From: Pirellulales bacterium
GTDB lineage: Bacteria; Planctomycetota; Planctomycetia; Pirellulales; UBA1268
DNA: 64,000 nucleotides
NCBI GenBank assembly: GCA_017853835.1
Contig: JAFMIU010000003.1
Span: 41,072-105,071 of the forward strand
Reading direction: 5' to 3'
Part shown: in pieces, positions 11,202-20,505 of the stretch
How the letters are laid out: each line of letters begins with the position of its first letter
Position numbering within the stretch: the first letter of the stretch is position 1
Notes under the pieces: generated by a model
Databases searched by the model: none
What the model saw: only the letters and a program-made list of their open reading frames with translations
What the model was told of the DNA's origin: nothing
Translations under genes and position numbers: made by a program

Positions 11202-13061
11202 TCATTCAGCGGGAGTGACTCCGAGCACGACCGCCTCGAGCGGCGGAAGCGTCACGACGGTGGTGTCGCCGTCCTTGGCAAACGCCACCTTCGCCGCTTC
11301 GCCCGAGGCGGTGAACAACTGCGTGACGTCTGCTCCGGCCGAATCGATCCGCCACGCATACGGCTTCTCGCCACGGTTGAATCCGACGAGCAGATTCTCG
11401 CCGCCGTCGAACCGTCGAAACGCGAAAAACCCCGCATCATCGTCGGCGGACAGAAACTCGATACCGCCGCGACGGAGGGCCAGATGGATCTTTCGAAACG
11501 CGATCGCGGCCCGATAAAACTCGAACAGCGGCTGGCTGAATGCCACGGCATCCGGCTCGCGGGGCCGACCGCGGGGATCGGCGGCCTGAGGCGCAAACCG
11601 CATATCGGGCCACACCATCGGCATGCGGTCGCAGGGATCGTCGGCCCCCCACATGCCCGCCTCGGTGCCGTAGTAGATCATTGGCGCACCGATGAAGGTG
11701 AGCTGCAGGAGCGCCACCATTCGCTGGATTCGACGGTCGGTGGCGTCGGGCTTGCGGAGCCGATAGTCGTCGTGGTGCCTCGGCGACACGGCGACGTCGT
11801 AATCGAACTTCTGCGGCTGCTCGTAGGGACGACGAGCCCGGTTGACGATCATCGAGGCCAGCCGGTCGGTGTCGTGCGAATCGACGAGATTGAGCATCGC
11901 ATACCGCATCGCCTCGGGATGGTCGTCGAGCCGGTCGTGAAACTCTCGGCTGGCACGGCTGGCCGGGAGCGTTGCGTCGATGAGGTAGCCCTTCGTCGGA
12001 AACGCGAAGCCGTAGTAGTTCATCGTGGCGTCGAAAGCGCCCTCATCGAGGAAGCGGCTTGCTTCCTCCCACTCCTCGGCCACGGTGTAGGCCTCCGGAT
12101 TGACCGCGTGCACGAGCGCGTGCCAGTCGCGCCAGAAGGCCACCGGCACCTCCCGGGCCACGTCGAGCCGCCAGCCGTCGATTCCGTCGGACGGATCACC
12201 GTCGCCGTCGGGATCCATCCACCGCTTCGTGATGTCGAGGATGTAGGCCTTCGGCCCGGGCCCAAGGTCTTTTCCGTCGGGCGTGTCGGCAAACTCGGGG
12301 AGCGTGTCGATGCCCCACCAGCAGCGGTATCTGAACTCGTTCTCGGGGGTGGCGGGATCGTCCTCCCGCTCGATCGTGTACCAATCGGCGTAGGGTGATG
12401 CCCGCCCCTTCTCCCGCACGTCTCGGAAGGCGAAAAAGTCGCGGCCGGTGTGATTGAAGACCCCGTCGACGATCACCCGCATGCCGCGGGCGTGGGCCTC
12501 CGAGACGAGCTTCAGAAACAGGGCGTCGGCCGCCGTCCACTTCCAGGTGGTCGGATCGCTCGTCTCGGTCGCCATGAGCGCCCTGTCACCGATCGGATCG
12601 GGGCCGAAGTGGGGATCGACATGGTGAAAGGAGCTGCCGTCGTATTTATGAAGCGAACGTGCGTGAAATACCGGATTGAAGTAGATCGCCGTGATGCCGA
12701 GGTTCTGCAGGTAGTCGAGCCGGTCGAACACGCCCTCGAGGTCGCCGCCGTAGCGACGATGAAAGACCCCGTGCTCGAAGAAGTCGGGCCCCATCTCTTT
12801 TTCCCAGTCGGCGCGGGCATACCAGTCGCCGTTCCACGGCGACACCGCCCACGACGCAGGCACATCCGCCTCGAGCGTGTCACGGGTGGGGTCGTTGCCT
12901 CGATCGCCGTTGGAGAACCGCTCGGGAAAGAGCTGGTAGAAGACCGCATCGGCAACCCATTCGGGAGCCTGGGGGCCATGCGGGCCTTGGGCGAGCCCAG
13001 GCACGGCCGCCACCACGGCGCCGACGGCCACCAGCCAGCCAAGCCCTCGTATCGCTGCCAT
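11202..13061 (-). CDS. GH13 alpha-amylase-family hydrolase (neopullulanase/cyclomaltodextrinase-like), secreted
   Basis: GH13 conserved regions VIVDGVFNHTGRD, IDGWRLDVAREVP, VAEEWE and LVDSHDTDR. Signal peptide MAAIRGLGWLVAVGAVVAAVPGLAQG. GGGAGAGGG lies immediately upstream of ATG 13061; ATG 13082 is an alternative start. Confidence 0.85.
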   Translation of the reverse strand: MAAIRGLGWLVAVGAVVAAVPGLAQGPHGPQAPEWVADAVFYQLFPERFSNGDRGNDPTRDTLEADVPASWAVSPWNGDWYARADWEKEMGPDFFEHGVFHRRYGGDLEGVFDRLDYLQNLGITAIYFNPVFHARSLHKYDGSSFHHVDPHFGPDPIGDRALMATETSDPTTWKWTAADALFLKLVSEAHARGMRVIVDGVFNHTGRDFFAFRDVREKGRASPYADWYTIEREDDPATPENEFRYRCWWGIDTLPEFADTPDGKDLGPGPKAYILDITKRWMDPDGDGDPSDGIDGWRLDVAREVPVAFWRDWHALVHAVNPEAYTVAEEWEEASRFLDEGAFDATMNYYGFAFPTKGYLIDATLPASRASREFHDRLDDHPEAMRYAMLNLVDSHDTDRLASMIVNRARRPYEQPQKFDYDVAVSPRHHDDYRLRKPDATDRRIQRMVALLQLTFIGAPMIYYGTEAGMWGADDPCDRMPMVWPDMRFAPQAADPRGRPREPDAVAFSQPLFEFYRAAIAFRKIHLALRRGGIEFLSADDDAGFFAFRRFDGGENLLVGFNRGEKPYAWRIDSAGADVTQLFTASGEAAKVAFAKDGDTTVVTLPPLEAVVLGVTPAE

Positions 13062-13190
13062 GACCCTCTCCCATGCGTCCATTCGACGTGAGGCACGCCC
13101 ATTTCTTGCCTCCCCGTCATGATGGATGGTACTAGATTATTCTGGCAAGCGGAGGCGGCGGCAGGCGAAATCACACGGAGAGGGTCTGCG

Positions 13191-16100
13191 ATGGGATGGC
13201 GAAGTCGTGTTGTCGCGGTGACGTGCCTGGCGGCATTCGCCGCGGCCAGCGCGTCCGCCGTCGATGTGTCGGCACCCCCGATTCTTCAGTGGTTCGACTC
13301 GACCTACAAAACCCAGGACCGCCGGGTTGCCGATTTCTTCATGGCGGGATATGGCTCCACGTGGATCCCCCCCACGGGCCGTGCCGACTCGGGAAACATG
13401 TCGGTCGGCTACGACGTGTTCGACCGGTTCGATCTCGGCTCCCCCTCCAATCCGACGCTCTATGGCACCGAACGGGGACTGAAGCAGTTTGCCTCGACGA
13501 TGCATCGGGCCGGGGGCAGCGTGGTGGCCGATTTGATCTGGAACCACAACGGCTTCAGCGACCTCGGCCGAAGCGGGTTTGCCGCCCAGGGCGGCTATCC
13601 CGGCTTCGTGCTCTCCGCGTCGGGTGCCGTCGACGGCGACTTTCACGGAGTGTTTGAGTCGGGCGACCTCAACGGCCGTCTCGCCGGCCTCGTTGACATC
13701 AAGCACGAAACGAACCTCCAGTACATCCGCACCCCGGTCGCGGCGAACGACCCTCGCAACATTCCTGCCGGCACGATCTGGAACAAGCCCGACGCCTCCA
13801 ACACCCGCTTCTATCCTGATCGCGACCTCGGGGGCACCGCGGTCTACAACCCGCTCACCGGGCAGTCCGTCACGCTCTACGACTTCAACACCGCCTCGCC
13901 ATCGGCCGGCGACGCCGTCACCGAAAATGCCCTTGGGCTTTTGATGCGCAACGCCCGCTGGATGGTCAACCACATCGGCGTGGACGGCTTTCGGCTCGAT
14001 GCGGCGCGGCACTTCGAGCCCTGGGTCATGGGCTACTTCGATCAGGCTGTCTACCGCGCCAACCGTCGAACGCTGCTCAACGGCGCGCCGATGGAAGTGT
14101 TCAGCTTCAGTGAAAGTGCCAGTACCGACCGGGCCAATCTCATGTCGCAGTTCGTCCGGAAGGACGTCGGCACCCTCCCGGCCGGCCAGATCGCCGGCAA
14201 CCGCGACGCGCTCGATTTTGCCCAGTTCTGGCCGATCAAAAACAACCTCACGGCCGACGGCGCCGTCAACGATTTCCGCAACATGGTCAACGCCGGCCTC
14301 GACGCCTACGACGACGGCAGGGTCAACGGCTCGGCCGGCGTGGTGTTCGTGCAGAGCCACGACGACTTCGGCCCCGACATGCTCAACGTCGCCTATGCGT
14401 TCTCACTGATGCGGCCGGGCAACGCCATCGTCTACTACAACGCCAACGAGCACTACGACCCCAGCCGCGGCTTTCCGAAGCAGGGCCGCGGTGATGCCCT
14501 CGGCAACTTTGGCGACCGCATCACGACGCTCGTCGATCTCCGGGGCCGTTATGGCCGTGGGGACTACCGAGAACGGTGGCTCGAAAAGGAAAACTACGCC
14601 TTCGAGCGGAGCAACTCGGCGCTCGTGCTCCTTTCCAACCGTAACGACTCGGGCTACGACTCCCGGTCGATGGCGGTCGACTTCACGCTCGGTTCGCGGC
14701 TCGTCGAACTCACCGGCAATGCCGCCCGGGCCAACGCTGCGGCCGGCTCTTCGCAGATTCCGGAGGTGCTGCCCGTCGTCGGCACCACTGGCAGCCGCTA
14801 TGTCAACGCCCGGTTTCTCCGAAACAACGCCCAAGACCAGGGCTACCTCGTGTATGGATTGCCGACGCCGAAGTCGGCCGCTGGGATCGAGTTTCTCGGA
14901 CCCGGGGTGGGACCGGTGATCGCCGGAGAAACACCGGCAGGATTCCAGGGGGGCGAGACGACCGCCCAGGCAACGGCCATCCACAAGGCCAACGCCACGT
15001 CGCGGCTGGCCGACATGCAGGTCATCACCGGCAACACGTTCACCGTGCGGCTCGCGACGCAGGCCGTGACGCTCGCCGACGGCTACCGCGACCGTCATGC
15101 CGACGGGGATCAGGCGATGCTCCGAATCAATGGCGGGCTCGACCTCAACGGCAATGGCTTTGTCGACGTCGTCGCGCCGGGTGACGTGTCGTATGGCTTC
15201 GAAAACTTCACCTCGACGCGGATCACGGGCTACTCGCAGGCCAGTGGCAACGGCCTCTTCGAGCAGGTCATCGACACCACGCGGCTGCCCGAGGGGATGA
15301 ACTTTCTCACCGTGCGGTCATTCCGTCATCGTGATCTCGCCACTGGCGGCGACGGCGGCCCGGCCGTGTTCAGCGAGTTCAAGGAGGTGCTCTACGTCGA
15401 CCGCCTTCCCCCGGAAGCCGCCTTCAATCGCTACGTGCCCTTTGCCGGCACTGGCAACAACGACGTCTGGCTGGAGTCGGCCGACGGCACGGCCGACAGC
15501 ATGTATGTGTTTCAGAACGTGCCGGCCGCCACGAGCAACGCGACGATCCTGGCCTGGGCCAATGCTGGCCAGGGCATCACCGACAAGATCGACCAGGGAA
15601 TTTTCAAGAAGGGCTTCTTTTCGGTTCCCAACGGCAACAACGTCTACACCGTGGTCACCAAGGAGATCACCGGCAACTACAACATCCAACGCCTCACTGG
15701 CCAGACTCCAGCCTCGGGACGGGGAGCCGGCTTCGGCGACCTCAACTTCGACGGCATCCGTGCCGCAGCCGACATCTCCGGGCAGTCGTATTCCTTCGAG
15801 ACCATCCTCGCGTCGAAAAACGCCTCGTTCAACGCGGCCGCTGACGTGTCGGGGGACGGGCTCGTCGACACCCGTGACCTGCTCCTTCTCGAAGGCCTGC
15901 TGAGCGGCTCCGCCAACTCGGCCGCCGCGTCGGCGCTCGCCGGCGTGAAGTTCCGACGGGTCAACTTCGTGAACGACGCCGCGATCAACGAGGCCGATTT
16001 GGGGCTGCTGAGGGCCGTCGCCGCCGCACCGGCTGGTGCCGACCTGTGGACGTTTGACTTGGATGTGAGCGGCACGATCGACGACGGCGACGTGCAGCTC

Positions 16101-17234
16101 GCCCAGCAGCGGTTTGGGGTGGCCCCGGGCGTGGGTGTGCCGGCATCGCTGACCTGGACCGCCAGCGGCACGGCCCCAGGTGGCGCCGGCACATGGACGA
16201 CCGGAGCGACGGGCTGGCGGGGCGCGATCACCGACGCCGCGCTCCCCATGCCGCTGGTTCCCGGTTCGAAGGCACGGTTCTCGGGCGCGGGCATCGACGT
16301 GACGGTGTCGGGCACCGTCCTGGCGGCGGGGGGCCTCGAGTTTTCACCGCAGGGGAGTGCCATGCTGACGGGCACCGGCACGATCCTGCTGGCCGGCACC
16401 GGAGCGTCGGCACGCGAAATCACGGTCACGGCTGGGGAGGCGGTCATCGCCGCACGGCTCGCCTCGTCGTCAGGCCTGCTCAAGACGGGTTCCGGAACGC
16501 TCGTTCTCTCGGCGATGAACGCCCTCTCCGGCAGCGCGACGCTCCACGAGGGCACCCTTCGGCTGGGCCACCCCTCGGCGCTCGCGGCGAGCCCGGTCGT
16601 CGTGACCGGGGGAACGTTTTCGCTCGGCGGGGAACTCACGGCCAGCGTCGGGGGCCTCGGCATGACACCCGGCGCCGGGCTTGTCGATCTGGAGGGTGGC
16701 CGGCTCTCGATCGCGGCGGGCGGCATCGATCCGACGACACTGGTCGGTCTGTTGGTGGCCGGACGTGGCGACGGCACCTGGAACGGCGAATCGGGAATCT
16801 CCTCGTCGTCCGTTTCCGCCCTGATCACCGCCGGCCAACCTCGATCGGTCGGCTGGCTTCAGGCCGACGACGGCTCGTTCGTCGTGGCAGGGGCAGCCCC
16901 GGGTGACATGGACCTCGATGGCGCGATCGACATCCTCGACATCAGCGGCTTCCTGTCGGCTGCGAGTTTCAATGGCGACCCTGGCGCCACATGGCAGCAG
17001 GGCGACTTCAACTACGACACGGTTGTCGACGCGCTCGATATCGCCGATCTCCTTGCCACAGACCTCTTCGACCAGGGGAGCTACCTCGCGTCGGCGTCGC
17101 TGCCTCGGGGGGCGGTTGCGACGGTTCCGGAGCCCTCGGGAGCCGCCGGAGGCGTCGCGATGGCCGTGATCCTCGCTGCGGCCGCCGTAGGTCGTGGCTG
17201 GAGACCGGGGCACCCTCTCGGCCGTCGCCCTTGA
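13191..17234 (+). CDS. cell-surface alpha-amylase: GH13 catalytic domain + dockerin-like repeats + PATR beta-strand repeats + PEP-CTERM anchor
   Basis: GH13 regions [28 protein letters not shown] and FVQSHDDFG. Signal peptide [23 protein letters not shown] after GGAG. Dockerin-like repeats [24 protein letters not shown] and [16 protein letters not shown] repeat [31 protein letters not shown]-terminus [27 protein letters not shown]. Confidence 0.8.
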   Translation: MGWRSRVVAVTCLAAFAAASASAVDVSAPPILQWFDSTYKTQDRRVADFFMAGYGSTWIPPTGRADSGNMSVGYDVFDRFDLGSPSNPTLYGTERGLKQFASTMHRAGGSVVADLIWNHNGFSDLGRSGFAAQGGYPGFVLSASGAVDGDFHGVFESGDLNGRLAGLVDIKHETNLQYIRTPVAANDPRNIPAGTIWNKPDASNTRFYPDRDLGGTAVYNPLTGQSVTLYDFNTASPSAGDAVTENALGLLMRNARWMVNHIGVDGFRLDAARHFEPWVMGYFDQAVYRANRRTLLNGAPMEVFSFSESASTDRANLMSQFVRKDVGTLPAGQIAGNRDALDFAQFWPIKNNLTADGAVNDFRNMVNAGLDAYDDGRVNGSAGVVFVQSHDDFGPDMLNVAYAFSLMRPGNAIVYYNANEHYDPSRGFPKQGRGDALGNFGDRITTLVDLRGRYGRGDYRERWLEKENYAFERSNSALVLLSNRNDSGYDSRSMAVDFTLGSRLVELTGNAARANAAAGSSQIPEVLPVVGTTGSRYVNARFLRNNAQDQGYLVYGLPTPKSAAGIEFLGPGVGPVIAGETPAGFQGGETTAQATAIHKANATSRLADMQVITGNTFTVRLATQAVTLADGYRDRHADGDQAMLRINGGLDLNGNGFVDVVAPGDVSYGFENFTSTRITGYSQASGNGLFEQVIDTTRLPEGMNFLTVRSFRHRDLATGGDGGPAVFSEFKEVLYVDRLPPEAAFNRYVPFAGTGNNDVWLESADGTADSMYVFQNVPAATSNATILAWANAGQGITDKIDQGIFKKGFFSVPNGNNVYTVVTKEITGNYNIQRLTGQTPASGRGAGFGDLNFDGIRAAADISGQSYSFETILASKNASFNAAADVSGDGLVDTRDLLLLEGLLSGSANSAAASALAGVKFRRVNFVNDAAINEADLGLLRAVAAAPAGADLWTFDLDVSGTIDDGDVQLAQQRFGVAPGVGVPASLTWTASGTAPGGAGTWTTGATGWRGAITDAALPMPLVPGSKARFSGAGIDVTVSGTVLAAGGLEFSPQGSAMLTGTGTILLAGTGASAREITVTAGEAVIAARLASSSGLLKTGSGTLVLSAMNALSGSATLHEGTLRLGHPSALAASPVVVTGGTFSLGGELTASVGGLGMTPGAGLVDLEGGRLSIAAGGIDPTTLVGLLVAGRGDGTWNGESGISSSSVSALITAGQPRSVGWLQADDGSFVVAGAAPGDMDLDGAIDILDISGFLSAASFNGDPGATWQQGDFNYDTVVDALDIADLLATDLFDQGSYLASASLPRGAVATVPEPSGAAGGVAMAVILAAAAVGRGWRPGHPLGRRP

Positions 17235-17316
17235 CGCTGCCGTGACGCGGGTCGATAGTTTTGAGTCGAGGGCGGCGGGCGGATCGATCGGCGACCCCTT
17301 GGTCAGGAGAGGGATC

Positions 17317-18354
17317 ATGCGTGGACACGATCGTCGATGTCGAGCCGTTTCATTCCCGTTTCGAAAGGATTCCCGCGGCTTCACGCTCGTGGAACTCCTG
17401 GTGGTGATCGCGATCATCGCCACCCTCATCGGCCTCCTCCTTCCCGCCGTGCAGAGTGCTCGCGAGGCGGCCCGCCGTTCGTCGTGCAGCAACAAACTTC
17501 GGCAACTGGCGCTCGGCACGCTCAACTACCACGAGGCCAAGAAGCGGTTTCCCGTGAGCGTCTCGCAGTGGGGTGAGGGGGGCGCCCCGAACGCCTGCGA
17601 TCGTCAGGGATCCGGATGCACGGCGCGAGGCTGGATTCTGGAGACACTTCCCTTCATGGAGGAGTCGGCCCTCTACGACCAGCTCGCTCCCTCGGCCAAG
17701 GGCAACATCTACTCGCGAGGCGGCCTCTGGCTCGTGCGCGGGTTTTTGGCCAGCCCGCTCCAGTCGCTCGCCTGCCCGACCGATCCCGATGCAATGCAGA
17801 AGTTTCGGGTCGACATCAGCGGCGTGACGGGCCCCTACATGGAGCAGTCGATGCAGGGCACGGAGGTGGCGGTCACGAGCTACAAGGGCGTGCTCGGCGC
17901 GACCAAGGTGGGCGGATCCTACGGCAGCATCTGGCCGCGTCACGACGACGAGCCTGGCGCCCCGGTCGACTGCCACAACAACACCCGCAACATCGGCTGC
18001 AAGGGCATCTTCTGGCGCAACTCCTACCTCCATCCCGTCAAGATGAAGGACGTGACCGACGGCACGAGCAAGACACTCCTGATTGGAGAGGCCGTCTACG
18101 CCCACGACCACCACGCGGTGGCCCTCTACGCCGATGGCGACTGGGCCGCGTGCAACGTGCCGCTCAACTACCTTCCCAAGCCGCCCGTGCCTCAAAACTG
18201 GTGGAACGTGCGGGGATTCCGAAGCCTGCACGCCGGCGGCGCGACGTTCGCCCGCGCCGACGGCTCCGTGCGGTTCACCGAGGAAACGATCGACATGACG
18301 ATCTACATCGCCCTGTCGACCTGCGGCCGTGGCGATTCAACGGGGGCCGAATGA
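17317..18354 (+). CDS. DUF1559 protein with prepilin-type N-terminal cleavage/methylation domain (H-X9-DG family)
   Basis: [34 protein letters not shown] at the N-terminus. C-terminal [18 protein letters not shown] (H-X9-DG). AGGAGAGGG before ATG 17317. The upstream part of the track ORF overlaps the amylase gene. Confidence 0.9.
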   Translation: MRGHDRRCRAVSFPFRKDSRGFTLVELLVVIAIIATLIGLLLPAVQSAREAARRSSCSNKLRQLALGTLNYHEAKKRFPVSVSQWGEGGAPNACDRQGSGCTARGWILETLPFMEESALYDQLAPSAKGNIYSRGGLWLVRGFLASPLQSLACPTDPDAMQKFRVDISGVTGPYMEQSMQGTEVAVTSYKGVLGATKVGGSYGSIWPRHDDEPGAPVDCHNNTRNIGCKGIFWRNSYLHPVKMKDVTDGTSKTLLIGEAVYAHDHHAVALYADGDWAACNVPLNYLPKPPVPQNWWNVRGFRSLHAGGATFARADGSVRFTEETIDMTIYIALSTCGRGDSTGAE

Positions 18355-18800
18355 CCGTGGCGTCGCGTCGACTCCTGTTCGTGATCGCAGCCGTGTCGGG
18401 CCTCATCGTCACCGGCTGTGGACGCCATGCCGCGAAGGTCTCCGGAAGCGTCTCGTTCGACGGCCAGCCGGTGACGACGGGCGTCGTGACGTTCAACCCC
18501 GTATCGTCGGGCGCTGCCGCCTACGGTCCGATCGGCACCGACGGCCGCTACACGATCCACACCGGAGCCGAAACGGGACTCGAGCCTGGCGACTACAAGG
18601 TGACCGTGGCCGCCAACGCCACACCCGAGCAGGCGGCCGCCATGGGTTTCAAGGTAGGCCGAGAGGGCATCATGCCGCTGCTGACGCCGATCCGGTATGC
18701 CGACACCTCGACGACCCCGCTGACGGTGGCGGTCAAGCCCGGGTCGCAGGTCATCGACCTCAGCCTCGAACGCGATGCGCCCCGCCGGCCACCGCGGTGA
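18351..18800 (+). CDS. small lipoprotein, carboxypeptidase-regulatory-like beta-sandwich (DUF1559 partner), copy 1
   Basis: ATG 18351 overlaps the DUF1559 stop codon (ATGA). Lipobox [41 protein letters not shown]. Only the last 150 codons of track ORF 17616..18800 are real. Confidence 0.7.
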   Translation: MTVASRRLLFVIAAVSGLIVTGCGRHAAKVSGSVSFDGQPVTTGVVTFNPVSSGAAAYGPIGTDGRYTIHTGAETGLEPGDYKVTVAANATPEQAAAMGFKVGREGIMPLLTPIRYADTSTTPLTVAVKPGSQVIDLSLERDAPRRPPR

Positions 18801-18825
18801 TTTCCTGCTGCCTGTTGGAGCCCCC

Positions 18826-19299
18826 ATGCGATCCATGCTTTCCACCCGTCGCATCCCGCTCGCGCCCCAGTCGTCGTCATCTGCGCCGGCCCCCATGGGC
18901 TGGTGGACGCTGGCCCTCATTCTTGTGGCAGCCATCGGCTGCGGGCGGCCGGCCGAGGTGACGGGCCGCGTGACGCTCGACGGCGAGCCGGTGCCAGCGG
19001 GCGTGGTCACGTTTACGCCCGTCGGCGGTGGACCCTCGGGGTATGGCGCCATTACCCCAGACGGCCGCTATTCCGTCCAAACAGGCAGCAAAAACGGTGT
19101 GCCCCCGGGCGACTACCGGGTGACCGTGGCTGCCAACGCGCTGCCGTCGGAGGGTGTGCCGACCGGTCCTGGGCAACTGTCGGACGGCATTGCTCCCCTC
19201 ATCACCCCAGCCCGGTATGCCGATCCGGCCGAGACGCCACTCCGGGCCACCCTGGTGTCGGGCACGCAAGAGCTTCCACTCGACCTCACAAGTCAGTGA
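18826..19299 (+). CDS. small lipoprotein, paralog of the preceding gene, copy 2
   Basis: Roughly half the residues are shared with copy 1 by eye (VTGRVTLDGEPVPAGVVTF..DGRYSV..GDYRVTVAAN..PLITPARYADP..TPL). Lipobox AAIGC. GGAG before ATG 18826; ATG 18895 is an alternative start. Confidence 0.7.
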   Translation: MRSMLSTRRIPLAPQSSSSAPAPMGWWTLALILVAAIGCGRPAEVTGRVTLDGEPVPAGVVTFTPVGGGPSGYGAITPDGRYSVQTGSKNGVPPGDYRVTVAANALPSEGVPTGPGQLSDGIAPLITPARYADPAETPLRATLVSGTQELPLDLTSQ

Positions 19300-19312
19300 T
19301 TTGGTGAGGAGC

Positions 19313-19352
19313 GTTTCGCATCTCTGGCGAAACCTATTTCCTGGTTTTGTGG
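19313..19352 (+). terminator. rho-independent terminator candidate after the lipoprotein pair
   Basis: Perfect 7-bp stem GTTTCGC (19313-19319) / GCGAAAC (19327-19333) with a 7-nt loop, followed by the T-rich CTATTTCCTGGTTTTGTGG. Begins 14 nt after the stop at 19299. Confidence 0.55.
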
Positions 19353-19574
19353 AAAGCCACGGGTCCTCAGGCGGCCTTCTTCCCGAACGCCTGCGTGGAC
19401 GGCATTGAAAAACACCGCAAAAACAGCTTGATCACGAGCACGGCACCTTTCTGTCTGCCTCGCAAGCATGATTTATGACGTCTGGCATGGGACGTGCAAC
19501 TGTTCGAAGCCATCGGGGTCGTCGTTACACCCCCGGATCACCTCCGTTCAGCACTCCCCTGGAGCTCGGGTTTC

Positions 19575-20408
19575 ATGAGCCGCTCAAGCACCTTTCTTTC
19601 GGCTTTTCTCGTGGCTGTCCTCGCCGTTCCCGCCGTCGCCGCGGAAGGCACGTCGTCGCCGTATTCGGACGCGATCGGCGACATTGATGCCACCATCACC
19701 ACCGGTAATGGCACGCTCGACATCGTCGGCATGGAAGTGAGCAATACGGCCACCGACATCTCCTTCAAGCTCACCGTCAACGGCAATGTGAATGCCGGCA
19801 CTGGCGGTACTGACTGGGGCAAGTTCCTGATCGGCATCGCCACGCAGAAGACCGATGGAACCCTCTTGGGCAACGGATGGGGCCGTCCCATCAATCTGTC
19901 GTATGACAACGATCCCTTCGCCACCCAGATCGTCGGCATGAACCACTGGATTGGCGCGTGGGTCGATGGCTCGAGTGCCCAGGCCGCGGTTGGCGGAGCC
20001 GAATTCTATACGTACGACAACGGTGGTGCCACGTGGGTTCGCAACGCGGCGACCTGGGATGTTGGCACCTATCCGTATCCCTACACGGTGACCGGCGGCG
20101 TCCAGAGCACCGTCGAATGGGCCTTCCCGCTGTCGCTCATGAATCTCGTTCCGGGCAACGTCATCTACTTCGACGCCTATTCCAGCGGCGGTGGTGGCTC
20201 GGACAGTGCCATCGATTCGCTGGCGAATCCCAACATCGCAGTCACTGACTGGTCGGGACCCTACACCTCGTATGCCACCGCGGCCGGTGGACCTGGGCTC
20301 AACGCCTACACGGTCGCCGTGCCGGAGCCGGCGACGGCCCTCGCCGGTGTGGCGATCGCCGCCATCGCGGCTGCCACGCGAATCGGTCGCCGTTCCGTGG
20401 TCGCGTGA
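19575..20408 (+). CDS. PEP-CTERM-anchored secreted protein (possible carbohydrate-binding beta-sandwich)
   Basis: Signal peptide MSRSSTFLSAFLVAVLAVPAVAAEG. C-terminus VPEPATALAGVAIAAIAAATRIGRRSVVA. GGAG 10 nt before ATG 19575. Confidence 0.75.
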   Translation: MSRSSTFLSAFLVAVLAVPAVAAEGTSSPYSDAIGDIDATITTGNGTLDIVGMEVSNTATDISFKLTVNGNVNAGTGGTDWGKFLIGIATQKTDGTLLGNGWGRPINLSYDNDPFATQIVGMNHWIGAWVDGSSAQAAVGGAEFYTYDNGGATWVRNAATWDVGTYPYPYTVTGGVQSTVEWAFPLSLMNLVPGNVIYFDAYSSGGGGSDSAIDSLANPNIAVTDWSGPYTSYATAAGGPGLNAYTVAVPEPATALAGVAIAAIAAATRIGRRSVVA

Positions 20409-20505
20409 TCCGCGATGTGACCCGTCCCTCGGCCCCGTCCACACGCCCCCGGGTCGGCCTTCTCGGCCGATCCGGGGTGTGGTGTTTCTGAGGGATCCCG
20501 ATCCC

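Noticed and set aside
17616-18350. First 245 codons of track ORF 17616..18800.
   Set aside because: They are out of frame inside the DUF1559 gene. Only the final 150 codons, from the ATGA overlap at 18351, encode a lipoprotein with a lipobox.
19353-19574. A 220-nt non-coding stretch upstream of the PEP-CTERM gene, scanned for an sRNA, riboswitch, or sigma54/sigma70 promoter (for example cGGCACCtttcTGTC).
   Set aside because: The spacing and conserved GC dinucleotide of a -24/-12 promoter are not met, and no convincing -35/-10 pair or conserved RNA fold was recognisable by eye.
20191-20505. 105-codon N-terminal extension of the carbamoyltransferase ORF.
   Set aside because: It overlaps the 3' end of the PEP-CTERM gene in another frame and is Pro/Arg-rich. 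The family N-terminus MNILG..FFHDSAAAL begins at 20506.
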